Origin: a virus
Reading direction: 5' to 3' (one strand)
Virus record (IMG/VR): IMGVR_UViG_3300028394_000038
DNA: 64,000 nt
Below the pieces are notes generated by a model, which had not been told where the DNA came from, searched no databases, and saw only the letters and a list, made by a program, of their open reading frames with translations. Each line of letters opens with the position of its first letter. The stretch's first letter is position 1. Positions 10,576 through 20,256 of this stretch are shown one piece after another. Made by a program: the position numbers and the translations under genes.

Positions 10576-11586
10576 ATGGCTACAATGAGAAATTTAGATA
10601 TTGACCAGGATTTTCCAGTTGCTGGGCAAGATAACGAAAGTCAAGGCTTTAGAGATAACTTTAGTGCAATTAAAGATTCTCTAACCTATCTTGACGAACA
10701 ACTTTTTAAAACTGGTGGACTAACTGAAACTACTGTAAAGTTAGGAGAAAGAAACGAATTTGATATCAATGCTAGTTTAGAAACTGTTAAATTATTAGGA
10801 ACTTCAGAAGCTACAGTTAAAAGCGGACAAGCAATTGTATTAACTAGTGGTCAAGAATTAAATTATTCAGCTGGTTCTTATCATTCTATTTTACTAACCT
10901 CTAGTACTAGTTTAGATGTTATTGGTTTTCCTATGCCAGACGGAACTGAGGATGGACGTTTTGCCAAGCTACGTCTCGACGCTACGTTAAGTACATTTAA
11001 TGTAACCACAGCAGGATCATTTGTTGTAGGTCATGTTTATACTATTTTTGCATTGGGCAACACTAATTTTACAGCAATTGGTGCTACTGCAAATACAGTG
11101 GGAATTACATTTAAAGCCACAGGAGTTGGCAGCGGAACTGGCACTGCCAAAGAAGCTAAAACATTAAGTTTTACAAACTCAGTAGCAGGCGGTACTATAA
11201 AGTACGAAGGTAACTGGCCAACAACATTATATGTTACTAGTGAAACAAATCCAGTAGTTGTTGAGTTTTGGTCTTATGACGGTGGCGAAGTAGTATATGC
11301 ACAGTATTTAGGACAATTTGGACAGACTGTTAGAGACACCGCAGTAGTCAATTTAACAGTAACAGGTACTAGTACATTAGGTGATGCAGTTACAGATAGA
11401 ATTATTTTTAACGGTATACCAAAACTACCATTAGTAGATGGTGTTACTCTCTCTGGGCTAACTCCAGAAGTGGGTATGATGATTTTTAATACTACTACTA
11501 AACGTGTGCAAGCATATGTTCCAGATACTGGTCTTGCTCAAGGTAATAATGCATCTAACACTGCTGGTTGGATTAATATAAGCTAA
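10576..11586 (+). CDS. Putative virion structural protein
   Basis: Late-type motif upstream, tail-module context, Thr/Gly-rich. Confidence 0.5.
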   Translation: MATMRNLDIDQDFPVAGQDNESQGFRDNFSAIKDSLTYLDEQLFKTGGLTETTVKLGERNEFDINASLETVKLLGTSEATVKSGQAIVLTSGQELNYSAGSYHSILLTSSTSLDVIGFPMPDGTEDGRFAKLRLDATLSTFNVTTAGSFVVGHVYTIFALGNTNFTAIGATANTVGITFKATGVGSGTGTAKEAKTLSFTNSVAGGTIKYEGNWPTTLYVTSETNPVVVEFWSYDGGEVVYAQYLGQFGQTVRDTAVVNLTVTGTSTLGDAVTDRIIFNGIPKLPLVDGVTLSGLTPEVGMMIFNTTTKRVQAYVPDTGLAQGNNASNTAGWINIS

Positions 11587-11819
11587 TGTTACATCCGCTA
11601 GCACCAGACTTGTCAAAGTTAAAAGATAACGAGCTTGAGAATAAACTTCAAGAGCTTAGTAAGCGTTATTTTCAAACTAGTAATTCTGGTATACAACAAC
11701 AACTGATAATGTTAATTGAAGGCTACAAAGAAGAATTGGCAAACCGCAGATCCAGAATGTGGCAAGAACAGTACCAAAAACGCGACACAGATCTTGACAG
11801 TTTAATAAAAGTCAGTTAA
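11586..11819 (+). CDS. Hypothetical small coiled-coil protein
   Basis: Stop/start overlap with the upstream gene. Confidence 0.6.
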   Translation: MLHPLAPDLSKLKDNELENKLQELSKRYFQTSNSGIQQQLIMLIEGYKEELANRRSRMWQEQYQKRDTDLDSLIKVS

Positions 11820-11822
11820 AAT
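11794..11822 (+). promoter_or_regulatory. sigma70-like promoter TTGACA-N17-TAAAAT
   Basis: Consensus match just upstream of ATG 11829. Confidence 0.5.
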
Positions 11823-11828
11823 AGCTGA

Positions 11829-12347
11829 ATGCATACTGACCTTTTAGGAATACCCATCTACTCTAAATCTGATATACTTGATATTATCTATCAAGGTAAA
11901 TTGGATATCTTAAATACAGTCCTAGTTGATCTTGAAGATGCTGAGATTAACAAATTTAATTCTGCCGCTAAAGAAGCCGGTATTGCAGAATTAAAACAAT
12001 ACTACCCACTAGATATTAATGTAAAAGAATTTGATCGATCTATGCAGGATAATTGGTTAATGCCCGATAGCTATAGAGAAATGGATATTGCCAAGTGGGT
12101 ATTAGATAAATGCACTACGCAGGATCAATTACAGCGTGTTGGTGCAGAACTGTTAGAATTTCAACGCAGAGATATGATGCCATTATTAAAATGGATGAAG
12201 TATTTTGTTGATACTTGCAGGACTAATCGTGTAGTTTGGGGTGTAGGTAGAGGTAGCTCTGTGGCTAGTTATGTGTTATACTTAATAGGCGTGCATCGCA
12301 TAGATAGTATGAAATATAATTTAGACTGGCAGGAATTTCTGAGATAA
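11829..12347 (+). CDS. Stand-alone fragment homologous to DNA polymerase III alpha (DnaE)
   Basis: GVGRGSSVASYVLYLIGVHRID matches the DnaE GPGRGSAAGSLVAY.LGIT.ID motif; only 172 aa. Confidence 0.7.
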   Translation: MHTDLLGIPIYSKSDILDIIYQGKLDILNTVLVDLEDAEINKFNSAAKEAGIAELKQYYPLDINVKEFDRSMQDNWLMPDSYREMDIAKWVLDKCTTQDQLQRVGAELLEFQRRDMMPLLKWMKYFVDTCRTNRVVWGVGRGSSVASYVLYLIGVHRIDSMKYNLDWQEFLR

Positions 12348-12374
12348 GTAATACTATAATAGGAGGCTAGTAAA

Positions 12375-12605
12375 ATGGCACAAAAACCGCAAGCAAAAAA
12401 AGTATACCGTACTGCAAACGGTCGCGTAGTAGATATGGATTTATTACGTCAAAAAAATGAATTAACTCCAGCAGTTGGTAATGTTCGTGTAAATGCACGT
12501 GGAGATGAACTAGGCGCAGGTGGACAAATTGTTCGCAGTCGTGAAGACATCCTAAAAGACTTTTATGCATCAGCCGAAGCTGAAGCAGCCAAACCAAAGG
12601 AATAA
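12375..12605 (+). CDS. Hypothetical protein
   Basis: Strong AGGAGG SD; ATAAGTA late-like variant at 12344-12350. Confidence 0.7.
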   Translation: MAQKPQAKKVYRTANGRVVDMDLLRQKNELTPAVGNVRVNARGDELGAGGQIVRSREDILKDFYASAEAEAAKPKE

Positions 12606-12607
12606 CA

Positions 12608-13006
12608 GTGAACGTCAACGCAGTAAAAGGTAAAATTATACCGCTAGGTAATAAAATATTTGTTCATAACATGAACTTTGGCGAGCAAGTGACTACCGGC
12701 GGTATTGTATTGATGAGTGATGATGCCAAGGATCACGGCATCCATGCTAGATGGGCGCAAGTCTGGGCAGTAGGTAAAGATCATAATGAAGAATTTAATG
12801 TCGGTGATTGGATTTTAATAGAACACGGTCGCTGGACTAGGGGCATTCCATACGAGTATGAAGATGGTACAGAAACTACTATTCGTATGGTAGAAAACAA
12901 ATCTATCATTATGTGGGATACTGAACAACCTAAAGATGCCATTATTGGTCATTTAGATGGCGGTGGCCCTCCCCCAACAGTTAGCCCAGATGAGTTTTTA
13001 AGATGA
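12608..13006 (+). CDS. groES: Co-chaperonin GroES-like protein
   Basis: IIPLGNKIFV...TTGGIVL...VWAVG...VGD pattern typical of Cpn10. Confidence 0.8.
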   Translation: MNVNAVKGKIIPLGNKIFVHNMNFGEQVTTGGIVLMSDDAKDHGIHARWAQVWAVGKDHNEEFNVGDWILIEHGRWTRGIPYEYEDGTETTIRMVENKSIIMWDTEQPKDAIIGHLDGGGPPPTVSPDEFLR

Positions 13007-13368
13007 CAAATCCATTCCGAGATCAAGAAAAGTTTATGAAAGCCTGTGATCAAACTACAGGTGGAGAATTTGACCAAGAACAATTTAAAATGTACCTCGG
13101 TCTTATTGACGAAGAATACAAAGAACTTAGGGTCGCAGTGGACAACAATGATCAATTGGAAACACTGGACGCATTAATTGATATTCTTGTTGTTACAATT
13201 GGTGCTATACATAGTATGGGTAGTGATGCTGAGGGTGCTTGGAAAGAAGTCATGAAAACAAACTTTGCTAAGATCGACTCCGAAACAGGAAAGGTTCGGA
13301 AACGTGAAGATGGTAAGGTATTGAAGCCGCTAGGTTGGACTCCTCCAGATTTAAAACCATTTGTATAA
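13003..13368 (+). CDS. MazG-like / all-alpha NTP pyrophosphohydrolase
   Basis: EEYKEL...DALIDI...N..K...REDGKVLKP motif. Confidence 0.75.
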   Translation: MTNPFRDQEKFMKACDQTTGGEFDQEQFKMYLGLIDEEYKELRVAVDNNDQLETLDALIDILVVTIGAIHSMGSDAEGAWKEVMKTNFAKIDSETGKVRKREDGKVLKPLGWTPPDLKPFV

Positions 13369-13371
13369 AAG

Positions 13372-13503
13372 ATGTATAGAGTAAAATATTACACATATGA
13401 AACATTACATTCCAGATATTTTGAAACACTACACGAAGCAGTGATGTTTTCTGTATACAGTGTTCGGAGTGGCAATGTTTACGGAATAGATTTGATCAAA
13501 TAG
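13372..13503 (+). CDS. Small hypothetical protein (43 aa, not in the ORF track)
   Basis: MYRVKYYTYE...IDLIK fills the gap before the terminator. Confidence 0.4.
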   Translation: MYRVKYYTYETLHSRYFETLHEAVMFSVYSVRSGNVYGIDLIK

Positions 13504-13511
13504 ATAACACC

Positions 13512-13536
13512 AAAGGGTCTTGACAGACCCTTTTTT
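13512..13536 (+). terminator. Intrinsic terminator whose loop region contains a -35 box
   Basis: AAAGGGTCT-tgac-AGACCCTTT followed by a T run. Confidence 0.7.
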
Positions 13537-13548
13537 AACCTCTATAAT
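13520..13548 (+). promoter_or_regulatory. sigma70 consensus promoter TTGACA-N17-TATAAT
   Basis: Perfect consensus. Confidence 0.8.
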
Positions 13549-13573
13549 AGCAGTATATGCCAGGAGGAAAAAT

Positions 13574-13729
13574 ATGAAATGTAATACTTGTAATCAGCAA
13601 TACAGCGTTACCTGTGATTGGAATCAAGGAAGATGTCCACATCATCCTCCAGCAATTAATATGTATAGTATGAGATTTTATAATCTCTTACAGTTTATCA
13701 AAAACATCTTTAAAGGAAAAACACCATGA
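13574..13729 (+). CDS. Small Cys-rich hypothetical protein (start revised to the ATG after AGGAGG)
   Basis: CxxC...C...CPHH; strong SD. Confidence 0.55.
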   Translation: MKCNTCNQQYSVTCDWNQGRCPHHPPAINMYSMRFYNLLQFIKNIFKGKTP

Positions 13730-13977
13730 CAGACAACGAACAAAATATAGAAATAATGAAAGACCTAAGAAATAGGTTAGACAGAGTACTTGATAATACT
13801 CCCGCAGAAACATCAACAGTTAAACATCCGGATGCAAGAAAACATTTTTATGTTAGCGTTGTTAAGAGTGCTGTACGTATTGGTGCCGCATCAGCTCTTA
13901 TTATGGGATCGTTTACACTAGCAGGCGCATTGTTTATTCTAGCAGAAATCTTAGGCATTGTTGAGGAAATAGTATGA
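13726..13977 (+). CDS. Hypothetical membrane protein
   Basis: Hydrophobic C-terminal hairpin; ATGA overlaps. Confidence 0.6.
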   Translation: MTDNEQNIEIMKDLRNRLDRVLDNTPAETSTVKHPDARKHFYVSVVKSAVRIGAASALIMGSFTLAGALFILAEILGIVEEIV

Positions 13978-14894
13978 AAGAGTTGTGGGTAGAAAAATAT
14001 CGTCCTAAAACTGTAGAAGGTTATGTTTTTAAAGACGACGCCCTAAAAGAGCAAATTGCTAAATGGATAAAGGACGGATCAATTCCGCATATCTTGTTAA
14101 GCGGTAATGCTGGTACTGGTAAAACAACATTAGCAAAGTTACTACTAAATGAAATTGGAGTACAAGATACAGACATCTTAGTTGCTAACGGAAGTAAAGA
14201 AGGTCGTAAGATTGAATGGGTTGACAAGCTGATTGGTTTTTGTCAAACAATGCCCTTTGGTGATTTTAAGGTTGTACTTATTGACGAAGCAGATTACATG
14301 AATAAAGAATCTGTACAGCCAGCACTACGCAACCTAATGGAAGACTATTCGAATAGCGTTCGCTTTATTTTTACCTGTAACTATCCACATAGGATTATTA
14401 CTCCTGTAAAGAGTCGTTGCCAAGAGATTAAGATTGAAAAAACAGACTTAACAGAGTTTACTGCCCGTGTTGCTACTATTTTAGTAGAAGAAAGCATTGA
14501 CTTTGATCTTGAAACATTAGATACTTTTGTACAAGGTACATATCCAGACTTGCGTAAGTGTATTAACAATGTACAAATGAACAGTACTAATGGTACATTA
14601 AAAGTTCCAGAAGTAGTTGACGGCGCAGGAGACTATCGTGTAGAGATGGTAGACTTGTTTAAGAAGGGCAAGATTAGCGAAGCACGTAAACTGTTATGCA
14701 GTCAAGCCCGTCCGGAAGAAATGGAAGAGATCTATCGTTGGATGTACGATAATATCGAATTGTTTGGTTCCGATGAAGAGAAACAAGATAGTGCAGTTCT
14801 TATTATCAAGCAAGGTCTTGTAGATAATGCATCAGTAGCAGATCAAGAGATTAATCTTGCGGCAACAATGATCAGGCTTGCGAGGTTGCAATGA
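13974..14894 (+). CDS. Sliding clamp loader subunit (RFC small subunit / T4 gp44-like AAA+)
   Basis: LWVEKYRP, Walker [13 protein letters not shown] Walker B, SRC motif. Confidence 0.92.
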   Translation: MKELWVEKYRPKTVEGYVFKDDALKEQIAKWIKDGSIPHILLSGNAGTGKTTLAKLLLNEIGVQDTDILVANGSKEGRKIEWVDKLIGFCQTMPFGDFKVVLIDEADYMNKESVQPALRNLMEDYSNSVRFIFTCNYPHRIITPVKSRCQEIKIEKTDLTEFTARVATILVEESIDFDLETLDTFVQGTYPDLRKCINNVQMNSTNGTLKVPEVVDGAGDYRVEMVDLFKKGKISEARKLLCSQARPEEMEEIYRWMYDNIELFGSDEEKQDSAVLIIKQGLVDNASVADQEINLAATMIRLARLQ

Positions 14895-15214
14895 CATATC
14901 TAGTAACAGAAAATTGTATTAAATGTAAACATACTGATTGTGTAAGTGTTTGTCCAGTTGACTGTTTTTATGAAGGACCAAATTTTCTAGTAATCGATCC
15001 CGACGAATGTATTGACTGTGGCGTTTGCGTTAGTGAATGTCCTGTAGATGCTATTGTTGCTGATAGTGATGCTACAGTCGATGTGCCATTTTGGTTAGAA
15101 ATTAATACTAGACTAAGTAAAAAATGGCCAGTAATTACAAAACAAAAATCTGCACTTCCTGATGCAGACAATTGGAAAGATGTTCCAAATAAAATAAAAC
15201 TATTAGAGGAATAA
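14891..15214 (+). CDS. fdxA: 7Fe ferredoxin (FdxA type)
   Basis: [18 protein letters not shown]...[12 protein letters not shown]. Confidence 0.9.
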   Translation: MTYLVTENCIKCKHTDCVSVCPVDCFYEGPNFLVIDPDECIDCGVCVSECPVDAIVADSDATVDVPFWLEINTRLSKKWPVITKQKSALPDADNWKDVPNKIKLLEE

Positions 15215-15215
15215 C

Positions 15216-16034
15216 ATGACGCAACGTATTTTAATTATGGGATTGCCAGGTGCTGGTAAAACAACCTTAGCAGAAGCATTAAAAAATAAATTAGAAGATC
15301 GTATTACTAATGCAGAAATGGAACCAATATTTCCTAAGGTAACTTGGTTTAATGCAGATGATGTCCGCCGCAAGTATAATGATTGGGACTTCAGCAAAGA
15401 GGGAAGAATCCGTCAAAGTTTACGTATGTTTCAATTTAGTATAGAAGCAGGCACAGAATATGTTATTTGTGATTTTGTTGCTCCGCTAGTTGAAATGCGT
15501 AACAATTTTAAAGCAGACTGGACTATTTGGGTAGACACTATTCGAGAAAGTCGATATGCCGATACCAATGCGGCATTTGTTGAACCTGAACATTATGATT
15601 TTCGTATAACAGAGCAAGATGCAGAAAAATGGGCAGACTTTATTGCTGATCATATAGTTGACAATCGCAGACGCCCTGTATTTGATTGGAAGAAAGAAAC
15701 TGTGCAGATGCTAGGACGTTGGCAACCTTGGCACGATGGCCATCGTGCATTGTTTGAAAGATTGTTAGCTAAGACTGGCCAAGTTGTTATTCAAGTGCGT
15801 GATGTGCAAGGATGGCAAGGTAGTAATCCGTTTGAAGTGGCAAAGGTTAAAAGTTTTATTCGCCGTGATTTAGACCCGTTATATCAAGGTCAATATGAGA
15901 TACAGGTTGTACCTAATATTGTTCACATTGGTTGGGGTCGAGGTGTAGGCTATACTGCCGGTGAAGAAACATTCGATGACACTGTCACCGATATTTCAGC
16001 TACCAAAATACGTAAAGAACTAGGACTAAAGTAA
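15216..16034 (+). CDS. Fusion of an adenylylsulfate-kinase-like P-loop kinase and a HIGH-family nucleotidyltransferase
   Basis: GLPGAGKTT...ADDVRR...DFSKEGR; C-terminal GRWQPWHDGH...ISATKIR. Confidence 0.75.
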   Translation: MTQRILIMGLPGAGKTTLAEALKNKLEDRITNAEMEPIFPKVTWFNADDVRRKYNDWDFSKEGRIRQSLRMFQFSIEAGTEYVICDFVAPLVEMRNNFKADWTIWVDTIRESRYADTNAAFVEPEHYDFRITEQDAEKWADFIADHIVDNRRRPVFDWKKETVQMLGRWQPWHDGHRALFERLLAKTGQVVIQVRDVQGWQGSNPFEVAKVKSFIRRDLDPLYQGQYEIQVVPNIVHIGWGRGVGYTAGEETFDDTVTDISATKIRKELGLK

Positions 16035-16056
16035 AAAGGGCCGAGAGGCCCTTTTT
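16033..16056. terminator. Bidirectional intrinsic terminator between convergent genes
   Basis: AAAAAGGGCC-gaga-GGCCCTTTTT. Confidence 0.85.
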
Positions 16057-16812
16057 TTATTCGTCACCGTATAACGATAATACCTCCTTAACAGCTTCGT
16101 GACGTTCGATATCTTTCATACCAAACTGGCATACGCTCAATAAATCTAACTGCTTACCGTGTAATCGCTCACAGAAATCGATCAAGCCATTATCGTTTAA
16201 TCGATCAGCTTGACGCAAATCTCCAGTTACGACCATTTTAGAACCTTCACCCAGTCTCGTTAGCAACATCTTCATTTGATTTGGCGTAGCATTTTGCATT
16301 TCGTCTGCAATAATGTATGCGTTCTTGAAGGTGCGACCTCTCATATAAGCTAACGGGCTAATTTCAATCACTCCCTCACGGATCATGTTCTCGATATCCT
16401 TAGCGTAATAGTACTCTGCTAACACATCCATAATAGGGCGTGTCCATGGAGCCATTTTTTGCTCAAGGGTTCCGGGAAGGAAACCGTGATCTTCATCAAC
16501 AGAAACAGCAGGGCGTGTAACCACGATTTTATCTACCAACCCTTCTTTGAAGAGTTTGATACCGACTTGGCAAGCAATCAATGTTTTTCCTGTGCCAGCG
16601 GGGCCCAGTGCGAAAACTATGTTTTTCGATGGGTCTAATAGTTGTAGTAGATATTCTTCTTGATTTCGATTGCGTGGAACTACGTGAACGCTACGTTTTT
16701 TCTGTGGAAGATTTTGTGAAAGTGTGTGTTGAAAGGGTTGAAACTCAATCACGTTTGCACGTGGATCGTTAAATCCGTCGTTAAAACGCTTTTTGGCTCT
16801 TTTTGTCGTCAT
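16057..16812 (-). CDS. phoH: PhoH-family ATPase
   Basis: GPAGTGKT, GFLPG, YMRGRT, DEMQN, TGDLRQAD. Confidence 0.92.
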   Translation of the reverse strand: MTTKRAKKRFNDGFNDPRANVIEFQPFQHTLSQNLPQKKRSVHVVPRNRNQEEYLLQLLDPSKNIVFALGPAGTGKTLIACQVGIKLFKEGLVDKIVVTRPAVSVDEDHGFLPGTLEQKMAPWTRPIMDVLAEYYYAKDIENMIREGVIEISPLAYMRGRTFKNAYIIADEMQNATPNQMKMLLTRLGEGSKMVVTGDLRQADRLNDNGLIDFCERLHGKQLDLLSVCQFGMKDIERHEAVKEVLSLYGDE

Positions 16813-16942
16813 TAACTGCTCTCCTTTTGGGGCTGTAGGACGTCATTGTCACACTACTCTTTGTAGGACAACTGAGAGGTCCTACACTCATATTTAAGAC
16901 CTAATCAAAAAACAGAACTGATACTATATCAAAACGCTCAAG

Positions 16943-16949
16943 ATAAATA
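16943..16949 (+). promoter_or_regulatory. T4-late-like ATAAATA (a divergent TAAATA on the minus strand at 16891-16896 faces phoH)
   Basis: Intergenic motif. Confidence 0.55.
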
Positions 16950-16972
16950 CATTGACAAAGGATCATTTGAAC

Positions 16973-17536
16973 ATGGCAGATATTTTAGACATTATCGAGA
17001 ACATTAGTACTATCTACGAAAGTAATAGTAGCTTGGCTATTCTCAAAGACTACGAACGTGTATTTGACGAGTTAGATCTCTACGTGTTTGAAAACTGGCA
17101 GGACGGCGAACTTATATCAGGTCCGCAAGTAGAACGCCATTGGGTTACTTGTAGTTTTATGTGGCCGAAAGAAAAAATGCCTGATCCAGAAGCAGGCAAA
17201 CGATTATTAGAATACGGATGTTCTGTTAAATATAAAAAAGATTTTTTAGTTAAACCTAGAAAAATTAAAAAGCCTGACGATATTCGCCCAGGAAGCAAAA
17301 AAGGCAAACTTGACGAGCACCCGATATGGGTTGTTGAGGTTACTATGCCAAAGAAGTTGATGTTAGATATATTCCGTGGATACCACAATCAACTAATGGA
17401 TGACCTAGGTATTGATAAAAATATCACTGCTCCAGAGTTACAAGCGCCACCGGCAGGTGAAGCAGTACAAGCACAAGAAGCGCCAGTAGCACCAGGAACG
17501 GCGGCACCAGAGGGAACACCTAATGCAACTCAATGA
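16973..17536 (+). CDS. Hypothetical phage protein (start revised to ATG 16973)
   Basis: Long ORF after a late motif; Pro/Ala-rich tail. Confidence 0.7.
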   Translation: MADILDIIENISTIYESNSSLAILKDYERVFDELDLYVFENWQDGELISGPQVERHWVTCSFMWPKEKMPDPEAGKRLLEYGCSVKYKKDFLVKPRKIKKPDDIRPGSKKGKLDEHPIWVVEVTMPKKLMLDIFRGYHNQLMDDLGIDKNITAPELQAPPAGEAVQAQEAPVAPGTAAPEGTPNATQ

Positions 17537-18251
17537 AGATAGCTTACAAGCAGGCGACCTACGAGATCTAGTACATCATGTATTTGAAGTAGATAGCTAT
17601 CGCTCAAAAATGGGCAATGATAAAGATGTAGTAGTACTAAGTTTTACAGTAGAAAGCAAAGACCCAGCAGATGACCTAGTTAACTTTATTGAAAAAGGTT
17701 ATCAGTTTGTTTTAGATGCTGATGTAACACCTGGTGAACTAAGCAACGGCAAATACAAAGTATTTGTTGAGCTACAACGTGATAGTCATGTTGCTGAACA
17801 TATTAGTGACTTACTATATGGCGTTAAAAAACTTACAGGCTTAGAAGATTTTAAATTTCGTTACTACAAGAGTTTTGACAGTAAAGATGCTGTTAGAGAA
17901 ATGTTAGAGGAAGTTATTCCTAACGATCCTAACACTTACGAAGAAAGTATTAAAGAACATGCAATGGAAAGCTATGAGCATTTCTTTGCTAAAGGACGTT
18001 TAGAAAAAGTTGTAATGGAAGGCGATCTATTACGAGTTAAAAAGATCTATGCTGACCCACTACAGTTTAAAGTTATTAGAGCAGGAACACCGGCAGGTAT
18101 TTTAGAGTCAATTGAAGAAAAGATCAATGTCAACGAATGGGCAGAAGTTATCTTTTTGACTAAGTACTTTGGAGACTTTAATATTACCAAGTTTGGTAAC
18201 AAACTCATGTTCGAAGATAACGGACATGCAGTACTAATGGAGCGACTATAA
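17523..18251 (+). CDS. Hypothetical phage protein, possible head component
   Basis: Starts MQLNE (L-x-E); coupled to the upstream gene. Confidence 0.65.
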   Translation: MQLNEDSLQAGDLRDLVHHVFEVDSYRSKMGNDKDVVVLSFTVESKDPADDLVNFIEKGYQFVLDADVTPGELSNGKYKVFVELQRDSHVAEHISDLLYGVKKLTGLEDFKFRYYKSFDSKDAVREMLEEVIPNDPNTYEESIKEHAMESYEHFFAKGRLEKVVMEGDLLRVKKIYADPLQFKVIRAGTPAGILESIEEKINVNEWAEVIFLTKYFGDFNITKFGNKLMFEDNGHAVLMERL

Positions 18252-18880
18252 TGAGCGGATTTGAATTTAATTTTACACAAGCAAAGTTTGAAGAATGTAT
18301 AGGTAAGAACCCTTATGCTGATCATTGGTTTGAGGCATTATGTGAGATTCTTCCAGACTATGAAATTAACACAGTGCCACGTGTGGCAGCTTTCCTAGCA
18401 CAAACAGCACACGAGTCAGGCGGATATCGTGCTATTAAAGAAAACTTAAACTACAAAGCAGAAAGTCTGTGTCGTGTTTGGCCCCGACTATTTCCCAACA
18501 TAGATATTGCACGTCAGTATGCAATGCAACCAGAACGTATTGCAAATCGTGCGTACGGAAATCGTATGGGCAATGGTCCAGAAGAAAGCGGTGATGGTTG
18601 GAAATTTTGCGGACGTGGTCTTATTCAGTTGACTGGCAAAGATAACTATACTCGTTATGCACAGAGTTTAGAAATTAGCGTAGAAGAAGCCAGCGAACAT
18701 TTAACAACATTTGAAGGTTGTGTACAATCAGCCGCTTGGTTCTGGGAAGCTAACAATCTAAATCAATGGGCCGATGCAGGTGATATACTTACATTAACAA
18801 AACGCATCAACGGCGGTACTATTGGACTAGAGGATCGTATAAAGCATTATAATCATGCTATACACGTTCTACAAGGATAA
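18251..18880 (+). CDS. Endolysin, glycoside hydrolase family 19
   Basis: AAFLAQTAHES, GRGLIQLTGKDNY, INGG. Confidence 0.9.
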   Translation: MSGFEFNFTQAKFEECIGKNPYADHWFEALCEILPDYEINTVPRVAAFLAQTAHESGGYRAIKENLNYKAESLCRVWPRLFPNIDIARQYAMQPERIANRAYGNRMGNGPEESGDGWKFCGRGLIQLTGKDNYTRYAQSLEISVEEASEHLTTFEGCVQSAAWFWEANNLNQWADAGDILTLTKRINGGTIGLEDRIKHYNHAIHVLQG

Positions 18881-18883
18881 AAA

Positions 18884-19372
18884 ATGAGTCAACTTCAGTG
18901 GATGTTTAGCATCATCCCAGATGCAATACTGAACTGGGTATATTGGGCTATTATTGCCGTCGGTATTACAGGAATGTTTGCCGGATGGTTTGGTAAATTT
19001 ATTCCTATGTATGGCAAGTATGTAGGTATCTTAAAACCTGTTGGAATTGCGTTAGTAATATTAGGTGTTTGGTTACGCGGTGGATATGATGTAGAAATGG
19101 CTTGGCGATCTAAAGTTGCAGAAGCTGAAGCAAAAGTAGCCAAAGCAGAAGCCGCTAGCCAAGAAGTTAATATTAAACTAGAAGCTAAGATTAAAGAAAA
19201 ACAAAAAGTTCGTACAGAATACATTACCACAGTCAAAGAGCGTATTGTTAAAGAAACACAAGTTATAGATGCAGAGTGTAAAGTTGCTCCTGAAGCAATA
19301 AACATTTTAAATGATGCGGCTAAAAACTCTATAAAGAAAGGAACTGTTACTATTGAGGAGGTTAAGAAATGA
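18884..19372 (+). CDS. Probable inner-membrane spanin (Rz-like)
   Basis: N-terminal TM segments, then coiled coil and a late Cys; follows the endolysin. Confidence 0.6.
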   Translation: MSQLQWMFSIIPDAILNWVYWAIIAVGITGMFAGWFGKFIPMYGKYVGILKPVGIALVILGVWLRGGYDVEMAWRSKVAEAEAKVAKAEAASQEVNIKLEAKIKEKQKVRTEYITTVKERIVKETQVIDAECKVAPEAINILNDAAKNSIKKGTVTIEEVKK

Positions 19373-19629
19373 AACATCTTATCATAGTAGCTGTGTTACT
19401 AATTACAGGCTGTTCGAGTGTTCCAGTAGCTGTAAAGTTTCCAGATGTTCCTAGAGATATGTTAGAAACATGTCCAGATTTAAAACTAATACCAGAAACA
19501 ACTAAGTTAAGCGAAGTATTACCTACAGTTGTAGACAACTACGGACAGTATTATACCTGCAAAGACACAGTGGATAACTGGATTGATTGGTATAAATCCC
19601 AAAAGAAAATATTTGATAGTATCAAATAA
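19369..19629 (+). CDS. Probable outer-membrane lipoprotein spanin (Rz1-like)
   Basis: Lipobox LITGC, Pro-rich, two further Cys. Confidence 0.65.
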   Translation: MKHLIIVAVLLITGCSSVPVAVKFPDVPRDMLETCPDLKLIPETTKLSEVLPTVVDNYGQYYTCKDTVDNWIDWYKSQKKIFDSIK

Positions 19630-19632
19630 ATA
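19626..19632 (+). promoter_or_regulatory. T4-late-like ATAAATA
   Basis: Motif upstream of 19656. Confidence 0.55.
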
Positions 19633-19655
19633 CTAACATAATAGAAGGAGCGAAG

Positions 19656-20240
19656 ATGGCACTAATAGACAGCGTACTAAATTTAGTAAACAAGACACCT
19701 AAAGATCCGGATGCACCTAAGCCTCCGGTTGGATCACGTAGCGAGCGTGAAGCGAAGATCAAAGATAAAGCGGGTATGGTTATTAACATATTTGCACTAT
19801 GTCTAGCAGTCAACGCATGGTACGGCGGCAAGTTGTCTAGCACAGTATTAAACAATACTATCAAGGCTAACGACACCTACAGTTTTTATCAAGCAAAATC
19901 AATCAAGCAATCACTTGCAGAACAAAATCTATATGAAGCACAACACAATGGCGATAAAGCCCGTGCTGTTGAAATGGCTGCTAAGATTGAACGTTACGAA
20001 AACGAGCCTAAAGAAGGTAAAAAAGATCTTATGGCAAAAGCCAAAGCATTAGAAGCAGAACGTGACGATGCTAAAACACGTAGCCCATGGATTGGATATG
20101 CAAGCACAGCATACCAGTTGGCAATCGTATTATTGTCAGCAAGTATTCTTGCTGTTAGCATGCCGTTGTTCTGGGGTAGTTTTGTAGTAGCAGGATTAGG
20201 ATTAGTATTGAGTCTACAGGGCGCATTACTAATATTTTAA
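19656..20240 (+). CDS. Membrane protein, DUF4337-like
   Basis: TM, then YQAKSIK and a coiled coil, then two TMs. Confidence 0.6.
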   Translation: MALIDSVLNLVNKTPKDPDAPKPPVGSRSEREAKIKDKAGMVINIFALCLAVNAWYGGKLSSTVLNNTIKANDTYSFYQAKSIKQSLAEQNLYEAQHNGDKARAVEMAAKIERYENEPKEGKKDLMAKAKALEAERDDAKTRSPWIGYASTAYQLAIVLLSASILAVSMPLFWGSFVVAGLGLVLSLQGALLIF

Positions 20241-20256
20241 AATACAGGAGCAACAA

